From: Phoronis australis
Taxonomy: Eukaryota > Animalia > Phoronida
NCBI GenBank assembly: GCA_002633005.1
Contig: NMRA01000004.1
Span: 1,420,799 to 1,484,798, forward strand
Direction of reading: 5' to 3'
Length of the DNA stretch: 64,000 nt
Within the stretch, counting starts at the first letter, position 1. Every line of letters begins with the position of its first letter. This document shows positions 25,343 to 38,696 of the stretch, piece by piece. The notes under the pieces are model-generated. The model saw only the letters and a list, made by a program, of their open reading frames with translations, was not told the DNA's origin and did no database searches. The position numbers and the translations under genes were made by a program.

Positions 25343-26404
25343 CTGTAAAACAAGAATAAGAAACACGAATAAGCAAATGTAGACTTCAAGTGTATTTTCA
25401 TTTATGTAAACTGTTAAGTTCAGTTTCAGTTTCACAGAACACATCCCTTTTCTTAGAGCAATTCATGCAAAAACGGGACCCGAAATCCGACATCTGAACT
25501 CGAATTCCAATTCTGTCGTGTTGGTCTCGAGCAAAATAGAAATACCAGATGTTTCAACATCTTTATTTTTGGTAAAACAAATAACGAGTTAACAAAAATA
25601 TCTAAAAGCGCCACTTTTGGACTACGGGCGTTAAAGGATTGGGACACTATCACCATAACGTCACAGATGAGCGCGTGTGTGAACTGCGGATGAAAGTATC
25701 TGCGTACAGTATACAATAAAATAACGTGTTTCCTTGGTGACAGACCAGCAGTGGGTACGTACTTGCCTTCGACACCCAAGTTCCACCAGGTGTCTTTGCC
25801 TGTGGGGACAAAGAGATTTGTCTCGCTGCCTTCGATTAGCACATTTTCACCACATCGTGACGTAAAAAGACACTGTGAGAGTCATGGAGCGAAAGCCACT
25901 TCATCAGGTGAGAAGGCTTTGTAAATGTCGTCAATTTTACTTTATTCAAAACGTGGTGTTGTGACAACCGCAGAAATGACGAGACAATATGGGGATTTAG
26001 TCTTTCTGGTTTCTTCATCATATACATGTAGCAGTATGGAAATGACTTAGCGAATGAAGTCTAGTACTGATGGGGGAACCACCAGTCTGCCGGGAGGTGA
26101 CACCTTTCAACAAACTGGTGATGCTGTTTCACTTTTAATTGACAAAAAGTCGCGTCTGCGAGGAATCCCATGCATATCGAACACGTCTCATCTTTAATAG
26201 ATACATCATTGTACGTTTCCTATAATCTCACCCATCGCACCTCTGATGAGACAACCAATACAGTATCGAATATGTTTCCGTATTTCGTTTCAACAAGTGG
26301 AACTTTCATTTTGTAATGCCATTTTAGGAACGAAGAAAATGCTAAGAAGGACAGTCCCTATAAGCTACCGTTAGGTGCTAGTTCAGTACAGAGAAATAAA
26401 CCTG

Positions 26405-26613
26405 GGGCCCGTATTATCACAGGTCGTATGTCCAGTCTTATCTGCCGGTCACAACTTCCACGTTAATGTGCAAACAGCTGAACGATGTGGCTGGTGAAAA
26501 ATGTCGTTAAGTTTAAAAACGGCAATGTTTCGTTGTTATAAAAAACGCACCGTCGTATTCGTAATAACATGCATACATCTAACTGTAACTACGACCTTTG
26601 ATAAAACGGGACC
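26405..26613. mobile_element. Harbinger-like MITE with CWG flanks, in the sclerostin-like intron
   Basis: CTG|GGGCCCGTATTATCACAGGTCGTA...TACGACCTTTGATAAAACGGGACC|CAG. Confidence 0.7.
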
Positions 26614-28948
26614 CAGACAAATGTACTACGTAAGTGGATCTAAAGTGACATTCTAGGGATATTGTTCCGCGCCGAAAATATGAACATAATTTATATATAC
26701 TATACTATACCATAGTATAGTTCACAAAACATCAAGATAAAAACAAACCACAGATTGAGTGACCAATGTTGTTTGAAAAGTCATCTTAAGGTAAGTGTCC
26801 ACTTAACACTATCAGGGGTCACATTTTTAAAAATTTCTAAAATACTGCGTTTTAACTTATGGAACCGTTTCTTTTTAAAATCATTGGTACAAATGTCCTA
26901 TAGCTCGATGCCAGCAAATCAGCGTAAATTCAGATTATAACACAACCATCAATAAAAATTAAATTACGTAATAGGTACTTATAGCTAGGGGTCCCCGCAT
27001 TTTGAGAACTAGTTTTCTCCACAGAACAACAGGCATCAAACTAATACTCAAAATTCATATCGAGTTACGAGACCACAGACATGTTGGACCATAAGGTATG
27101 TATTCAGACGGTGGAACACGACTAGTGTTCAGAATACCCAACTCTCGGATAATACCACCCCCGTGGCATTGAGACGAGGGACGATAGCTCACACTGCAAG
27201 TCTACGCCGAACACCCTTCACAACTAGGAAATAATCTGAATATTTTCAGATTAGCCTTTAGAATCTACAATTGCATTCTTATCATAATATCATAAAGCAA
27301 ATAGGAATGAGGTCGATGAACTCAAGACTCTGAGGTCGACAACACACCAAGGGTCTTGAATAAACTAAATTATTCTGCACTTTCGTCACAACCTTTAACC
27401 TTCAGGCAGAAAAAGTAAACTGAAATCATTCAAATAACGAGGCGAAAATGTTTTTTGAATCACGACGACAGCTACTCCACAAAATTACGATTTAGTTGAC
27501 ATTTTATTATCGAACAATTGCAGATGGCTCCAGAAATATTGACCTGTTGTACGATACAGGCTCGTTGGCATTTTACCAGCACATTTCTTCCGCAGAGACA
27601 ATGTGACCTGAAACAATCGGAACGTCTGATCGCGTGATCACCCACCACACATTGGTCGCGTGAAAGGGTGGTCTCCACGAACGCGAGGCGTTCTTTGGGC
27701 ACTCACGATCCCGTGGCATTCGTGATTTCGGCTGGTGAAAATAGAAGCAGTCGCAAGACGTCATCAGAGACAAAAGGTACAATGCGTCTTTGTTGACTTC
27801 TTGCAGTTTTCTGCGTACGAGTTTGTGTGGCTACTTAAAAATCACCATTGTTTGATGACGTCAGACTTTTTTAGAAACGCGAGATCAAGATTGGTAACGG
27901 AGGCAGAGTACATGTATGTCAGCAGATCTAGAGTTTGCTAGTACAGCCTGGTTGCCAAACACACCAAAACAACAGCGAACTCCAAGTTTGGTCGTATTTT
28001 GCAAACAAAATTCGGTAGAGTCTGCCACTAGACAGAATGGTGGAGAAGAGAAATAACATTTCCATGTTTCATACAGAGTCTGAAATTGTCACATTGTGAG
28101 CACGAGGGTTAGGCCTACTTTTATTTATTTGGTGTAAATCTGTCCATCAATTAACACTTAAAGAAATTACTGTATACACTAGAAACCCCTTCTCATCTAA
28201 GTATCAAGTAGAGGTCAGCTGATGAAAGTGTTCTGAATAAAAAGTTATTGTACGTGGATTCATATCCGCGACAGACGTGTCCGTGGGGTTCTCGTCACCA
28301 GGTGGCAAGACCGTCTCGTGTACTAGTCGGCTCGCCTAGAACTTCTATACCAAACAGCATGTCGACGAAATCGACTACATTTCGCGAGTCCGCACAACGA
28401 AACAGTTTACTAGAAACAGAAGCAGAACAAATGATGTCATGCTTTTTCACCTGAAATAGCGCATGTTGTAACAAGGACAGAAAATCTGACCAGATCTAGT
28501 GTTGCATTACAAAGTAAATATATGGGGTTCACTGTGATCGTAGCCAACGATGCCGTGCTCTGAACGGAACTCTTGGGGAAGGGGAACTGAAACAACTTGT
28601 TTCCTCTATAATACATGAGCAAATTCGAAGCATAGGCCATCCCATTTAAGACCCATTTCCTCCGTACTCACTTGGGTAAACTTGGTTACTCAAGTCACAA
28701 AGTAAGCCTTAAACGTACATACGCTGGGACGGAACATGATTCCAATAAAAACGATCGTTTGGTTCATTGTCAAGTAAAAAGAGTTCAACGATTTTAGACA
28801 GGGTTGGCAAACCTTACAAAACGGGTTAGCCCCATATCAATCGATGACTTTTGTCATTAGATACCGGTTTTTGTGAGGGTACGGGCATTTTTAGATCAGT
28901 TTGTATACCTAATCAGTATGATTTCGCGATTTTCAAGGTAAGCCAGTA

Positions 28949-29181
28949 CAAGTGTGTTCCATTTCATATGAAAGACAGATCACGATTTTACTAAAACGAT
29001 CACGTTGTCAAAAACATAAAAAGTCACAAGTGTGTTCCATTTCATATGAAAGACAGACCACGATTTTACTAAAACGATCACGTTGTCAAAAACATAAAAA
29101 GTCACAAGTGTGTTCCATTTCATATGAAAGACAGACCACGATTTTACTAAAACGATCACGTTGTCAAAAACATAAAAAGTC
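28949..29181. repeat. 78-bp tandem repeat x3, near-identical, intronic
   Basis: Units start at 28949, 29027 and 29105. Each contains the palindrome TTTCATATGAAA. Confidence 0.95.
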
Positions 29182-30886
29182 CCAATAAACAACATGTCAC
29201 TTTCAAACAGGGGGCCCGTTACATCACTGAGGTGGTGCGTGGTGGAGGAAAAAAGAAACGCGTCAAGAAGTGCCTCGTTTTTAAAGATGGGTGTTGCAAT
29301 GGAAATGAGAAACTGCTCAGTCGCGAGGAAGTTACATTTAGACTGGTCGTTACGAGTTACACGAGTCAAAGGATTGCTACAATTGCTTCATACAAAGACA
29401 AAGTGCCCTAGTGGTTGTTATGTCGGTCAGCAAAATCTCAAGCACAGGTGCATTTAAAAAAGAGAAATTCCGACAGTTGGTAGGTGAGTACATTTGGCCA
29501 TGGGATGCAAAATTAATGTCTCCCCAACGTGTCTCGGATGTTTTACAATCTTCTCGTTTTACTCGGCAGGGAATCTAGTCTGAATTCCTTCGAACAAACA
29601 GGTTGTTCTTTCTGTGAGGTGCCCATTATTCCGTTAACAGTACGCCTTTGTTAGCCAGGTCCCTAAATACTAACAAACATTTTAGTTTTAAAGTATCTTT
29701 TAATCGTTCAACAATAGGGTACATAAAAATTGGCCAATGTGCAAACAAAAAATCTATTTACATAGCCCCCATTTGGTACACGCATCGAACCAGGTGCGTT
29801 AGCGTTGCTCTTGGCACGAGAGTGGGGCATTGTACGCGCTCCCCTTGAAAAATATTTTTTTAGCTCCAAGTCACCGATTGTGAGATTGTACATTTCAATA
29901 GACTGGCACACGCCAGCGTACGCCGCGAAAATAAACTTTTCTCCGGTGTATTATAATCAAGAAGGCCAATGAAAGTCAGTGGGTGAGGGAGGGGAGTAAC
30001 AACTCGGTGAACGGGAAGTTATTTGGTAAATGCATGGCGATCAACGGAAAGGATCAGAAAAGAGTGGTAAAGTGACTCATTAATCTTGTTTACACAAATA
30101 AAACGTGTAATATTCATGAAATGAATTGATCACACGTTTTTTTGATGAAATAGGGGGCAAACAATGAGTAAATATCGTTGCACGCATGAATCTTAATTAG
30201 CACAGCGTGCAAATGAGCTATTTGTCACAAGCACTCACCAAGGAACTCCCAACAAAATGTTAATAGGTTTCTAGGTTTACAAATTCAGCAAAACATAGAT
30301 TGCATCATATTAAAACCAACTTACTCACCCCCTAAATAAGTTAATCGAACCTCTCAGTTCCTGTTCGCTGTTAGAATTGAATGCATATGGTATTGAAGTA
30401 ATATTAACCCAGTGAATACGATTTATTTTCAAATAACCCTACACCTCAACAATAAGCGCATTACGATTAAAAACAATGTCATTCACCAAGGTATATAATG
30501 GGGCCACGGGTTTTGTATTGAGCTTGGCTACACTTTTCAACTGTCAATGGAGAGTTTCACTCGTCAGCTCAGCTCAACGTGCAATAAAACGTCCATTCAT
30601 GGGCAATAAATTCAACGTGTCAACTTTTACAAACCGTTTTACACGATGTATTAAGTATAACTGCATTCAATAATGCGATTGTGATCCCTTTCCCACTTTT
30701 AATATTTACCCTTGTAAGCTTAATACGTGAATACACAAATGTCTTCCCGGGCCTTGTTTAAATTACCCCTGTGTATTGCGCTCGTCCGATTTTACGAGCT
30801 GGGACTGCAATACGACAAGTGACACGCCTTCGATGCAGGTGTGAAGACGATAAAAAGACGTCCCTCGATGGAAACGGATATCTTAC

Positions 30887-31064
30887 CTGGTAATAAATGG
30901 TCCACCTGTCCCCGTAAATTCTTCATAGCAGACTCAGGACTCCAGGAGCGATCGTCTGTTTGCATGTTCCTTTTGGACTGGTCTCGCCTTTCTTCTACCG
31001 CGAGTATGTCACGCACGTTGGAATAGAGCGTTAAAATCAACACGACACCGTAGTAAATCTCCAT
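30887..31064 (-). CDS. SOSTDC1: Sclerostin/SOSTDC1-like protein, exon 1 (signal peptide plus N-terminal arm)
   Basis: ATG, hydrophobic YYGVVLILTLY, donor CCAG|GTAAGA in phase 1, joining exon 2 in frame (G+AA=Glu) to give 193 aa. Vertebrate SOST also has two exons with a phase-1 intron. Confidence 0.82.
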
Positions 31065-31206
31065 GTCTTAGTAAAACCTCATGTCGCGTCTCACTGTGAG
31101 TCTAAGTCGACAAGCGCGTGCACCGACTCTACATTTGTGGTTTACGAAATACAACGGCGCGAAACACTACGTTCTTAAACACTTGCTTACAAACCCAGAG
31201 GGTTAC

Positions 31207-31380
31207 AACTGAGTAGGCCTGTACTCAGAGGCGGGCTTATGTATAAATGGCCCGCCGCTTGTCACGGCGCGAGTGTGCTTGGCGCCATAACCCCTGTCAA
31301 ATCAACCAATGAAAACGGTCTTTACGAGAGACTTGACAGAACCGCTTAGAAAACCAATTGTTAACACGAACAATTGGCTG
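31207..31380 (-). promoter_or_regulatory. Putative core/proximal promoter of the sclerostin-like gene
   Basis: Inr TCAGTT (+1 about 31210), TATA-like TTTATACATAAG about 30-35 nt upstream, TGGCGCCA at 31280, CCAAT/ATTGG at about 31306, 31354 and 31373. Confidence 0.55.
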
Positions 31381-33315
31381 TGTTCAGAGAAGGAGGGCCA
31401 AGTATATATCAAGAATTTGACAGGTGCCCATCAAAATAAGAAGGAAAATATAAGTGCCACACTTTGTAAATACCGTTACTTCATTACGTGCAAGGTACAA
31501 GTGGACGCTGCGTTGGTCTCCAGGCCTTGAGTCAAAGAAAGACTGGGAAGCGAACTCCTAACTCCAACTTTTATTAAAAGCGCTACATTTAGGCCCATCT
31601 TTTCCCGTAAAATGGAAGTATAAACGAAGGTACAACAAAAACACGAGATTTACGACTACACAAGAACTGGGTAATGAGAGAATCGAGTGGCGACTTGGAC
31701 CAGATACAGAATACTGAGTCAGAGTTCACTTAACCGGTAATCGGGCAGTCGTACCTGCATGTGACTGAGTATAATCGCCTTTTGTCGACGAAATTTGCAA
31801 TAAAACAGGAATTCTTGTTTACACGTGCTTGCGTACACATTTCCTAAAACTCCCTAACATCACGCCGTGTTGATAGGCAAACGACTGTCTATGTAGAATG
31901 ACCTACTGAAACATTTGGTTGAAGTAAAAAATAAAAATATATATCAAATGCACACTAGTGTATGTTTTAATAGAGCTAAAATGAAGCCCTCAACTACCAA
32001 AAAGCACACAAGCCATAGGTGAGGTATATTCATAATAATTGTGTTTAAAAAACGCTTCTATTACGAGATTATTTATTTATTGTACTTCTTAAACTCCATG
32101 ATTGTTGTAGAAGTAATTAGAAGGTTCCAAAGGTACACCTACTGAAGCACACATACGATCGTGTCAACGTGACACACTTCATCCACGTGGGTCGATGTTA
32201 ACTCTTCTGAAAATCGCGCTATCAGTGGCGCCACGTGACGGTACTGGCAGAGGAGTTTGTCACAGAATCTGACACGGAACGACAGTCACGGTTGCAACGA
32301 ATAGAACCCAAACAAATTACAAGTTGACAATCACATCAAGAATGGCGACGCATCAGCTCACTATGAATGTACAAACTATTATTTAGACATCATCTGTTTC
32401 GTGTAATAAACACACAAACTCATCATCTACCGTGCGTTTTACTGGAGTTGGCGTCAAACGTTTGGGCGACCGGTCGCAGTAACGTTTCGTGCGCGGTAAG
32501 CGTTCGTGTTTGACAGCATATGGCGCCATTGAAATTCTCGGAAATGTCATTTCGCTGAACATTTTTGCGATTAAAATGTAAATAAATAATGGGATTTTGC
32601 GTAATCTCCGTCGAGCAACTAAACTATACTGACTGGCCTGGCCACCGGAGGGTTACTCCAGTACTTTTGCCGGGGCGTGCTCGATGCGAAATTAGGATAT
32701 TCTAACTTTCAGAAAGTCAGCCCTTTTAGAGTAAGCTATTTGTAGAAGCTTTTATAAAAAGGATAATCTTTCGTAGAAGCTAATATACATAACAAAACTC
32801 CATAGGATACAGGGAACAGATTTTTTTTGCGAGACTGGACAGGGGAGAGAACCTTAAACTTTGAAATGGAATCTTATTCGTTGACATTTTGTATATTATG
32901 ATGTCAGCTATGGCAAAATTACGTTGATCTAATCATAATTTGATGATTTTAATTGGTGTACGTACTGTTGTGGATTGGAAGAACCGATTGTGCTGTTTCT
33001 GTATCGTGATCACAAACTAAGGACTGAACAGTAGAGTAGTTGTGTCTGTAAAAATTACTACACTCTTAAAACTGCATTTATACCAGAGTGGTGCTGGCGT
33101 GAACCAAATAAGTATAGTTCCTCGGTGTGTTTGTGACTGCATTTTACATGTGGACCAATTGCTTTTTAACTCAACAAACCTTTATTGATTATAAAATCCT
33201 TAGCCTCGACGCAAAATGAACCCTTTCGGTCCGCTTTCTTACTGTACGTGGACACTCAAAAGTTTCGCAGGAAGTCAAATCGGAGAGGCAACACGTACGT
33301 TCAAAGGGAATACTC

Positions 33316-33478
33316 CAAGGGCGGAAACAGAATTTTCTAAAAGGGGGTCGGATCAAGGATTTTTAAAAGGGGTGGAGGGTCCAAGTCATAAATTTGAAAA
33401 TTCTAGATTTGATATCACTAAAAATCACGGGAAAAAAGTGCGGATCCGGATGCCGTAGTCTATCCTGGATCTGCCTAA
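33316..33478. mobile_element. Degenerate MITE related to 20082-20235
   Basis: CAAGGGCGGAAACAG...CTGGATCTGCC with G-run internal blocks. Confidence 0.45.
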
Positions 33479-35089
33479 GCACTGGCTCGAAAACACTCAT
33501 TTAGGCGCACAGCGTCCCGTGTACGCAAGCTTTGTAGGCCTAAGTTACCCCGGCCTACTCGAGAAGCACGTGTCAGTAAAACGCCACACAACTTGAAAAT
33601 GATAGTAATTATTCGATTGTGCCTTTAAAGACAGTATTGATGTCACATTTAGGTGTATCAATTCGGAACAAGCTACTCGACAATGACAATTATGTTCCAT
33701 CAAGAGCCACGGCTGGCTGAGATTAAATGACACTTGATGATGTGCCGCGGGGTCTGGCTCTCAAAGCACTCTGCATACAGCTTATTGTTCGCTATCTACT
33801 ACGGACGCGTGTTGAAAACAACAGAATAGCAGCCCGATAATAACACGCTTTTGTCTGGCAACATTGGATATTTTAAGGCAATTTGTTGCGTTTGTTGCGG
33901 GTTCGTTGAAGACCGGAGTTGAACTAGTTTGTCCACTAACCTGTCCTACAGTCAGCCAGGAGCTATATTTACAATAATCTGGGCCAAACGCGAAGTACTT
34001 CTAATAGGTAGTAAAGTAGTCGAGTTCTCTGAGGCAATTTTTCCGCATGCAGTCACATAACGGGGATAAGTGTTCGTTGATCTAGTACCCAGAGGCCGTT
34101 ATAGTCGACATCGATTTCCATTGTTCTTTAGAAGTTACGACCTCTTGAAATCCGCAATCTAAACAACCTTGAATTAGTGCAACCTTCAATTGAAACAATA
34201 TTTTGTAATTAAGGATGAGCGTGACTTCGAAATGTGATCGACCCCAGTATTATGCCCCCAAGGGCGTGTTGACTCAACGTTTGGTTAAATATTGTCAAGG
34301 GCTAAAGAGACTCGTAATTAGCCAACGAGGGCTCTATTCACACTGTTGGCTAATCGCACTTTCGTGATTTACCACCCGTAAAGCTTTAAGCGGTTGCATT
34401 GTTTTTAAAACATAAGCTCCCTCTACCATGGGCAAATTCCAGACATCCTAAATCCTGGCGTAATCAGGAAGTCTATAGCTTCATAAGCAAAGCGTGAAGT
34501 GTTCTCTTCAACTGAGTCAAGCGGACCTCCGTGGCTCGCTTGAACTTCGGTTCCCGAATACCGGGAATGTAGAAATATCGATTTTTGGAAATAATGTGAC
34601 AAGAGGTCACTTTTCTGCGAATAGTCTATCAAACTTAAACCCAGGCAAACTGCAGGATGTTACTCATCGCGAAACTTAACCTTCTATCAACATAAAAGAT
34701 AAGACAATTGTGTTCACGGTTGACTATACTTAGCATATACACTGAGACAATCGCTTTGTGCCTGAAACATCCCCTTTTTAAAGAGGTAACGCGCGGTTAT
34801 CACTTGGCGGCCTATTTTTGGAAGGAATATTAAACCCAATCGGGATATGATTCAGGTTTCCATGCTGCAGCGGATGTGGACATTTTACACAATTTTTCAA
34901 AATTCTTATTGGGTCTTGGGAAAATGCCCCTAACTTAGCGGCTAGAGGACTGGGAAGGCGCACCATGTTAACGTTAGAGATAATTGTTGTACTGGTTGAA
35001 CTGGCCGATGAAAACGGGCACTTAAAAATTTGTTGTAACGGTAACTATAAATCGGCTGAACGAAATATCAACTGTTGGGCGTTATGTGG

Positions 35090-35680
35090 GAAGTAGTTAC
35101 TGGCAGTGAGATATGTGGATTTAGTGATGTTTGGGAGACTCAGTCGGTTGGGGGTTAAATGGCATTTCTGTGGTAGTTCGAACTATACGATATTTAGGCA
35201 TGCGCACTGGTGGACATCAGTGGCAGGAGGAATTGTTGAATGTCAGTAATAAATTCTTTACAGGTTATGCAAACATCATTTACTTATGAAAAAGTAGGTC
35301 ACGAGTGTAAAAACTAGAAAATGTCTGAATGCTTTAGCAAGATTTAGATATCTATAACGTACAAGTAGAAACAGGAACATAATACCTTAAAAAATCCCCA
35401 GAGGGAATAGATTATGTACTGTTTGTGACCTACACGTTGTAAAAGACGAATATCGTTTTTTAATTGAGTGTCCAGTTACGATTTATGAACAACTGCCAAG
35501 ATAATAAGCATGATATGTGAACTTATCTTAGAAAATATCATGCTGCAGTAGGATAACTGAAATTAAGCTCAGTATTTATGAGCAGCTAGGAACAGAACAA
35601 GAGACGATATAGTTTGTGTAATGTAAATTAATTGTGTATATGGGCCGGAGACCTTTTGTGCAACAAAGAAATAAAAAAAT
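35090..35680 (+). mobile_element. Decayed 3' end of a LINE (RTE-X-like)
   Basis: Fragments GSEICGF and VETG...IPRGNRLCTVCDLHVVKDEYRFLIECP (C-terminal zinc-knuckle-like), followed by AATAAA and an A-rich tail. Confidence 0.7.
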
Positions 35681-38199
35681 ATCACAAACGAGTAACAAAA
35701 CCCAAAGAACGTGGTTAGGACGAAGGCAACTTTACCTGCTCACAACAGGTGAGATCACAAACCGCGGCTGCGTGTGGCCCTGTGAGAACAAAAAACATAA
35801 TTTGTTCTTGGGTTTTTAGTGGTTTTGAAAACTTATACGGTGGCGCGGTATTTTTTTCAGTCTCCTACTTTCACAAGAAAAACACCTGCAGCGTCCAAAG
35901 GTGATGCATTTTTCACTTTATTCAATTCAAGCCAGCTACAAATCAAAAGCTGCAGCTACACTATTCCCTTTGGTCGTGGCTGTGTCGAAGGGGGGCGCTC
36001 GTGTCGACTGGGGTGCAGTTCTTTTGGCCACTGCAAAACGCCTTTCGACATAATAGGGGGAGGACACGACATCTAAAATTAAGCCCATTTTTGAATACCC
36101 TCAATACCACCTCATATTCCGCTAGGTGCTTGACAAAAATCAGTTACCCTCACCACGGAAACCTACTTGCTCTATCACAAAACTCGGATCACAAACCTCA
36201 GTTAGTTCGAGCACAAAGCAAGCACTCTAAATTACAGGTAGACTATCTCTGTTTTTATAAACAAGATTCCTATCGGCAATGAACGCCTTCTAGAAGAGTG
36301 CGAGGGCCGGGGTATCGTGAAAAACACGTATTTCCAAGTAATGAGGTACGACAATTTAACGACTGTCTCATGACGTCCAGCAAATTGTCCTGCTAAACAG
36401 TTGGCAATTTGCCAATATCATGAATTTGTACTTTATCAAAATATCAGTGTGCAGGGCGTAGACATATTTATACATTCCGTGATTATTTCACTCAAATACT
36501 ATTTCACGTTAAGTTCAAAAGTCGCGACATTTGATTTCTTGGTATTTTGGTGAAACAATGGTGTACGAAATTCTTCAAATCAGATTTTGTAAAAAGAAAA
36601 ACAAGGGCACCAATTTTTCGTAAACATAGAAAGAAGTGCACCAAAACATAGAATCCGGAGTAGAAACCAGAAATCGCTGCCAACTAGGTGAGGAATTTCT
36701 CTCCTCAAATGTAAACAACCACTCGTGTCAAAGTGGCCAAATTCATTTTAGTTGCCACTCATCCCCGTCTCTGGATGAATGAACTTTTAAAGCAAATAAA
36801 ATTTCATTTGGCTGTGAATTTTGTGCAAACGGATAAACCAAATAAATGCCTTTGCAACAGTTTCTTTCAAACATATCTAAGAATGACGATTTAAACACAC
36901 CTTCTCCATTACATCCACCAATTTAGAACACAGCATGACTTTCGTCAGTCGGAAGATATCACTAAAATATAAATATTTCGTAACTTTCAGCTCTGTTTGT
37001 GTTTGCTTTATTTCACGATTATTTTTCAAAGTTTCTTAAAAAGTAGACGGGATTTCCGTGGAAACCTCATTGCATTTGGCGGCAGTTGAGCGAGTACCCA
37101 TGATGGAAATCAGTCGTCACTCACTGCGGCGGCCATTTTAGGTGGTGGTGCACCACAAAAAACAAAATTAAACTAAAAATGCGTATTAAATTCAATTTGA
37201 AAATATTTAGAATTGTGTTGAACGACCATTATTTGGGCTTCAGATTCGTTTGAACTAGCTTGCGTTAAAATCCGTTTTATGAGAATTTAAAAGAAAATAA
37301 AGCGAAAAGAGTATCTTTTTAAAATGCAATTCCCAGAATTGGAAAACATATCATGCTTTGAAAAAATGAACTTCCACACAGTACATATACGGAAACGACA
37401 TTACTCACTATGAACTTGAGAATGACCTCAAGGTCAACATATTCGACTGGCATTAGTAACTTTCCGTAAACACATTATAAAATATGAGCAAACTATGAAA
37501 AGTGGTTCTTGGGATATCGCGCTAACACTTTCCAAGTCAAGGTATGTAATATTTATCATGAAATTGATGTAAAAGTACGTGAAGGTTTCAGTGAATTTAA
37601 TACCCCATCGGTAATGCTATAACACTTTGACGATGGGAGCGGATCCAGAGAACGACGTCCAGAGTTGTCAGGACTCCCAGCTCGACATCTTTTGTATTGC
37701 TGCGATGGAGAAATGCAATGCGCCGTCTATGTTTGTACCAGGTCACTATCCATGATCCTGGTTCCGCATCGCGTAACTGTAAACCAAATGTTCAGAACAG
37801 GCTCTTATAATTACACATATCAGATACAGCGCAGGCGTCTATACCCTGGAAGCTTATCTGAAAAAATAGCATAGTTGAACAATAACCCGTTCGCCCATTC
37901 ACCCCCACTAGGTAACATTTCGCCTGTACTCTTATGCAAATGGAATGTCACGTTTTAGTACCCAAACCATAAAAAATGTGGTTAGGCGAGATCTGGCGAG
38001 ACTTCGTGTCGTGACCGAGACGCAACATATTATAAATAGTACAGCATCCTGGATTTCGTGGCCAAAAATTCATAAAATTAAATGTTGATGGAAGTGTTGA
38101 AAAAATCGCTACACTTCCAAAAATTTAAGAGAAGTGGGCAATTATATCCCCCGTGCGTCGCCGTAGTGGTGACCAGAACTGCTTTCCGTAGAGCACAAT

Positions 38200-38696
38200 T
38201 CTTGCAAGAAAAGCGAGATCACGGAAAACCACGCAAAATGACGCGAGTAAGCTGACCATACTCACCTACTAGGAAATGAACACCACTGGAATAACGTGGG
38301 CGAATGTTGAATGAATCTGGGGAAAGAATTCACTATTCCCGTCCCATATAAGCGAACATTTCTCGCCGCGAGTGTCTTGCGTTTAGGGAACGCAGACATG
38401 TTCTTGCAGAAGACCCGTACGCTCTTACAAAATCACCACACCGCGCGTGCAAGAGTCACGATCGCGAGACGGGTGCGTTCTTGTTTAATTGTACCGAGAA
38501 AAGCGAAATCAGACAGACCACGTAAAAACTGACAAGTATTTTGGGAGTATTCTAGAGACCTTACTACCGTAACCTAGAAAAATGGCGACCACTGAAGATT
38601 GGTCAGCCGGTTGAAATGTTGAATTATGCGATAGAATTCATGAATCATGGGAGTAGATCCAGTGTTTTCAGTCCATAAGCGAAAATTTCTCGCCAC
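38200..38696. repeat. Degenerate ~300-bp tandem duplication
   Basis: Shared ordered blocks AAAGCGA.ATC, ACCACG.AAAA, ACCACTG.A, AATGTTGAAT and ATAAGCGAA.ATTTCTCGCC in 38200-38390 and 38490-38696. Confidence 0.65.

Noticed and set aside
25453-25842. 129-aa ORF as exon 1 of the sclerostin-like gene
   Set aside because: It has no signal peptide or recognisable homology, and 30887-31064 gives a better phase-compatible first exon.
26243-26275. Hammerhead-like CTGATGAG...CGAA
   Set aside because: It has GAAT instead of GAAA, a weak stem II, and no stems I/III were found.
28952-29369. Repetitive ORFs on both strands
   Set aside because: They are by-products of a 78-bp (26-codon) tandem repeat inside an intron.
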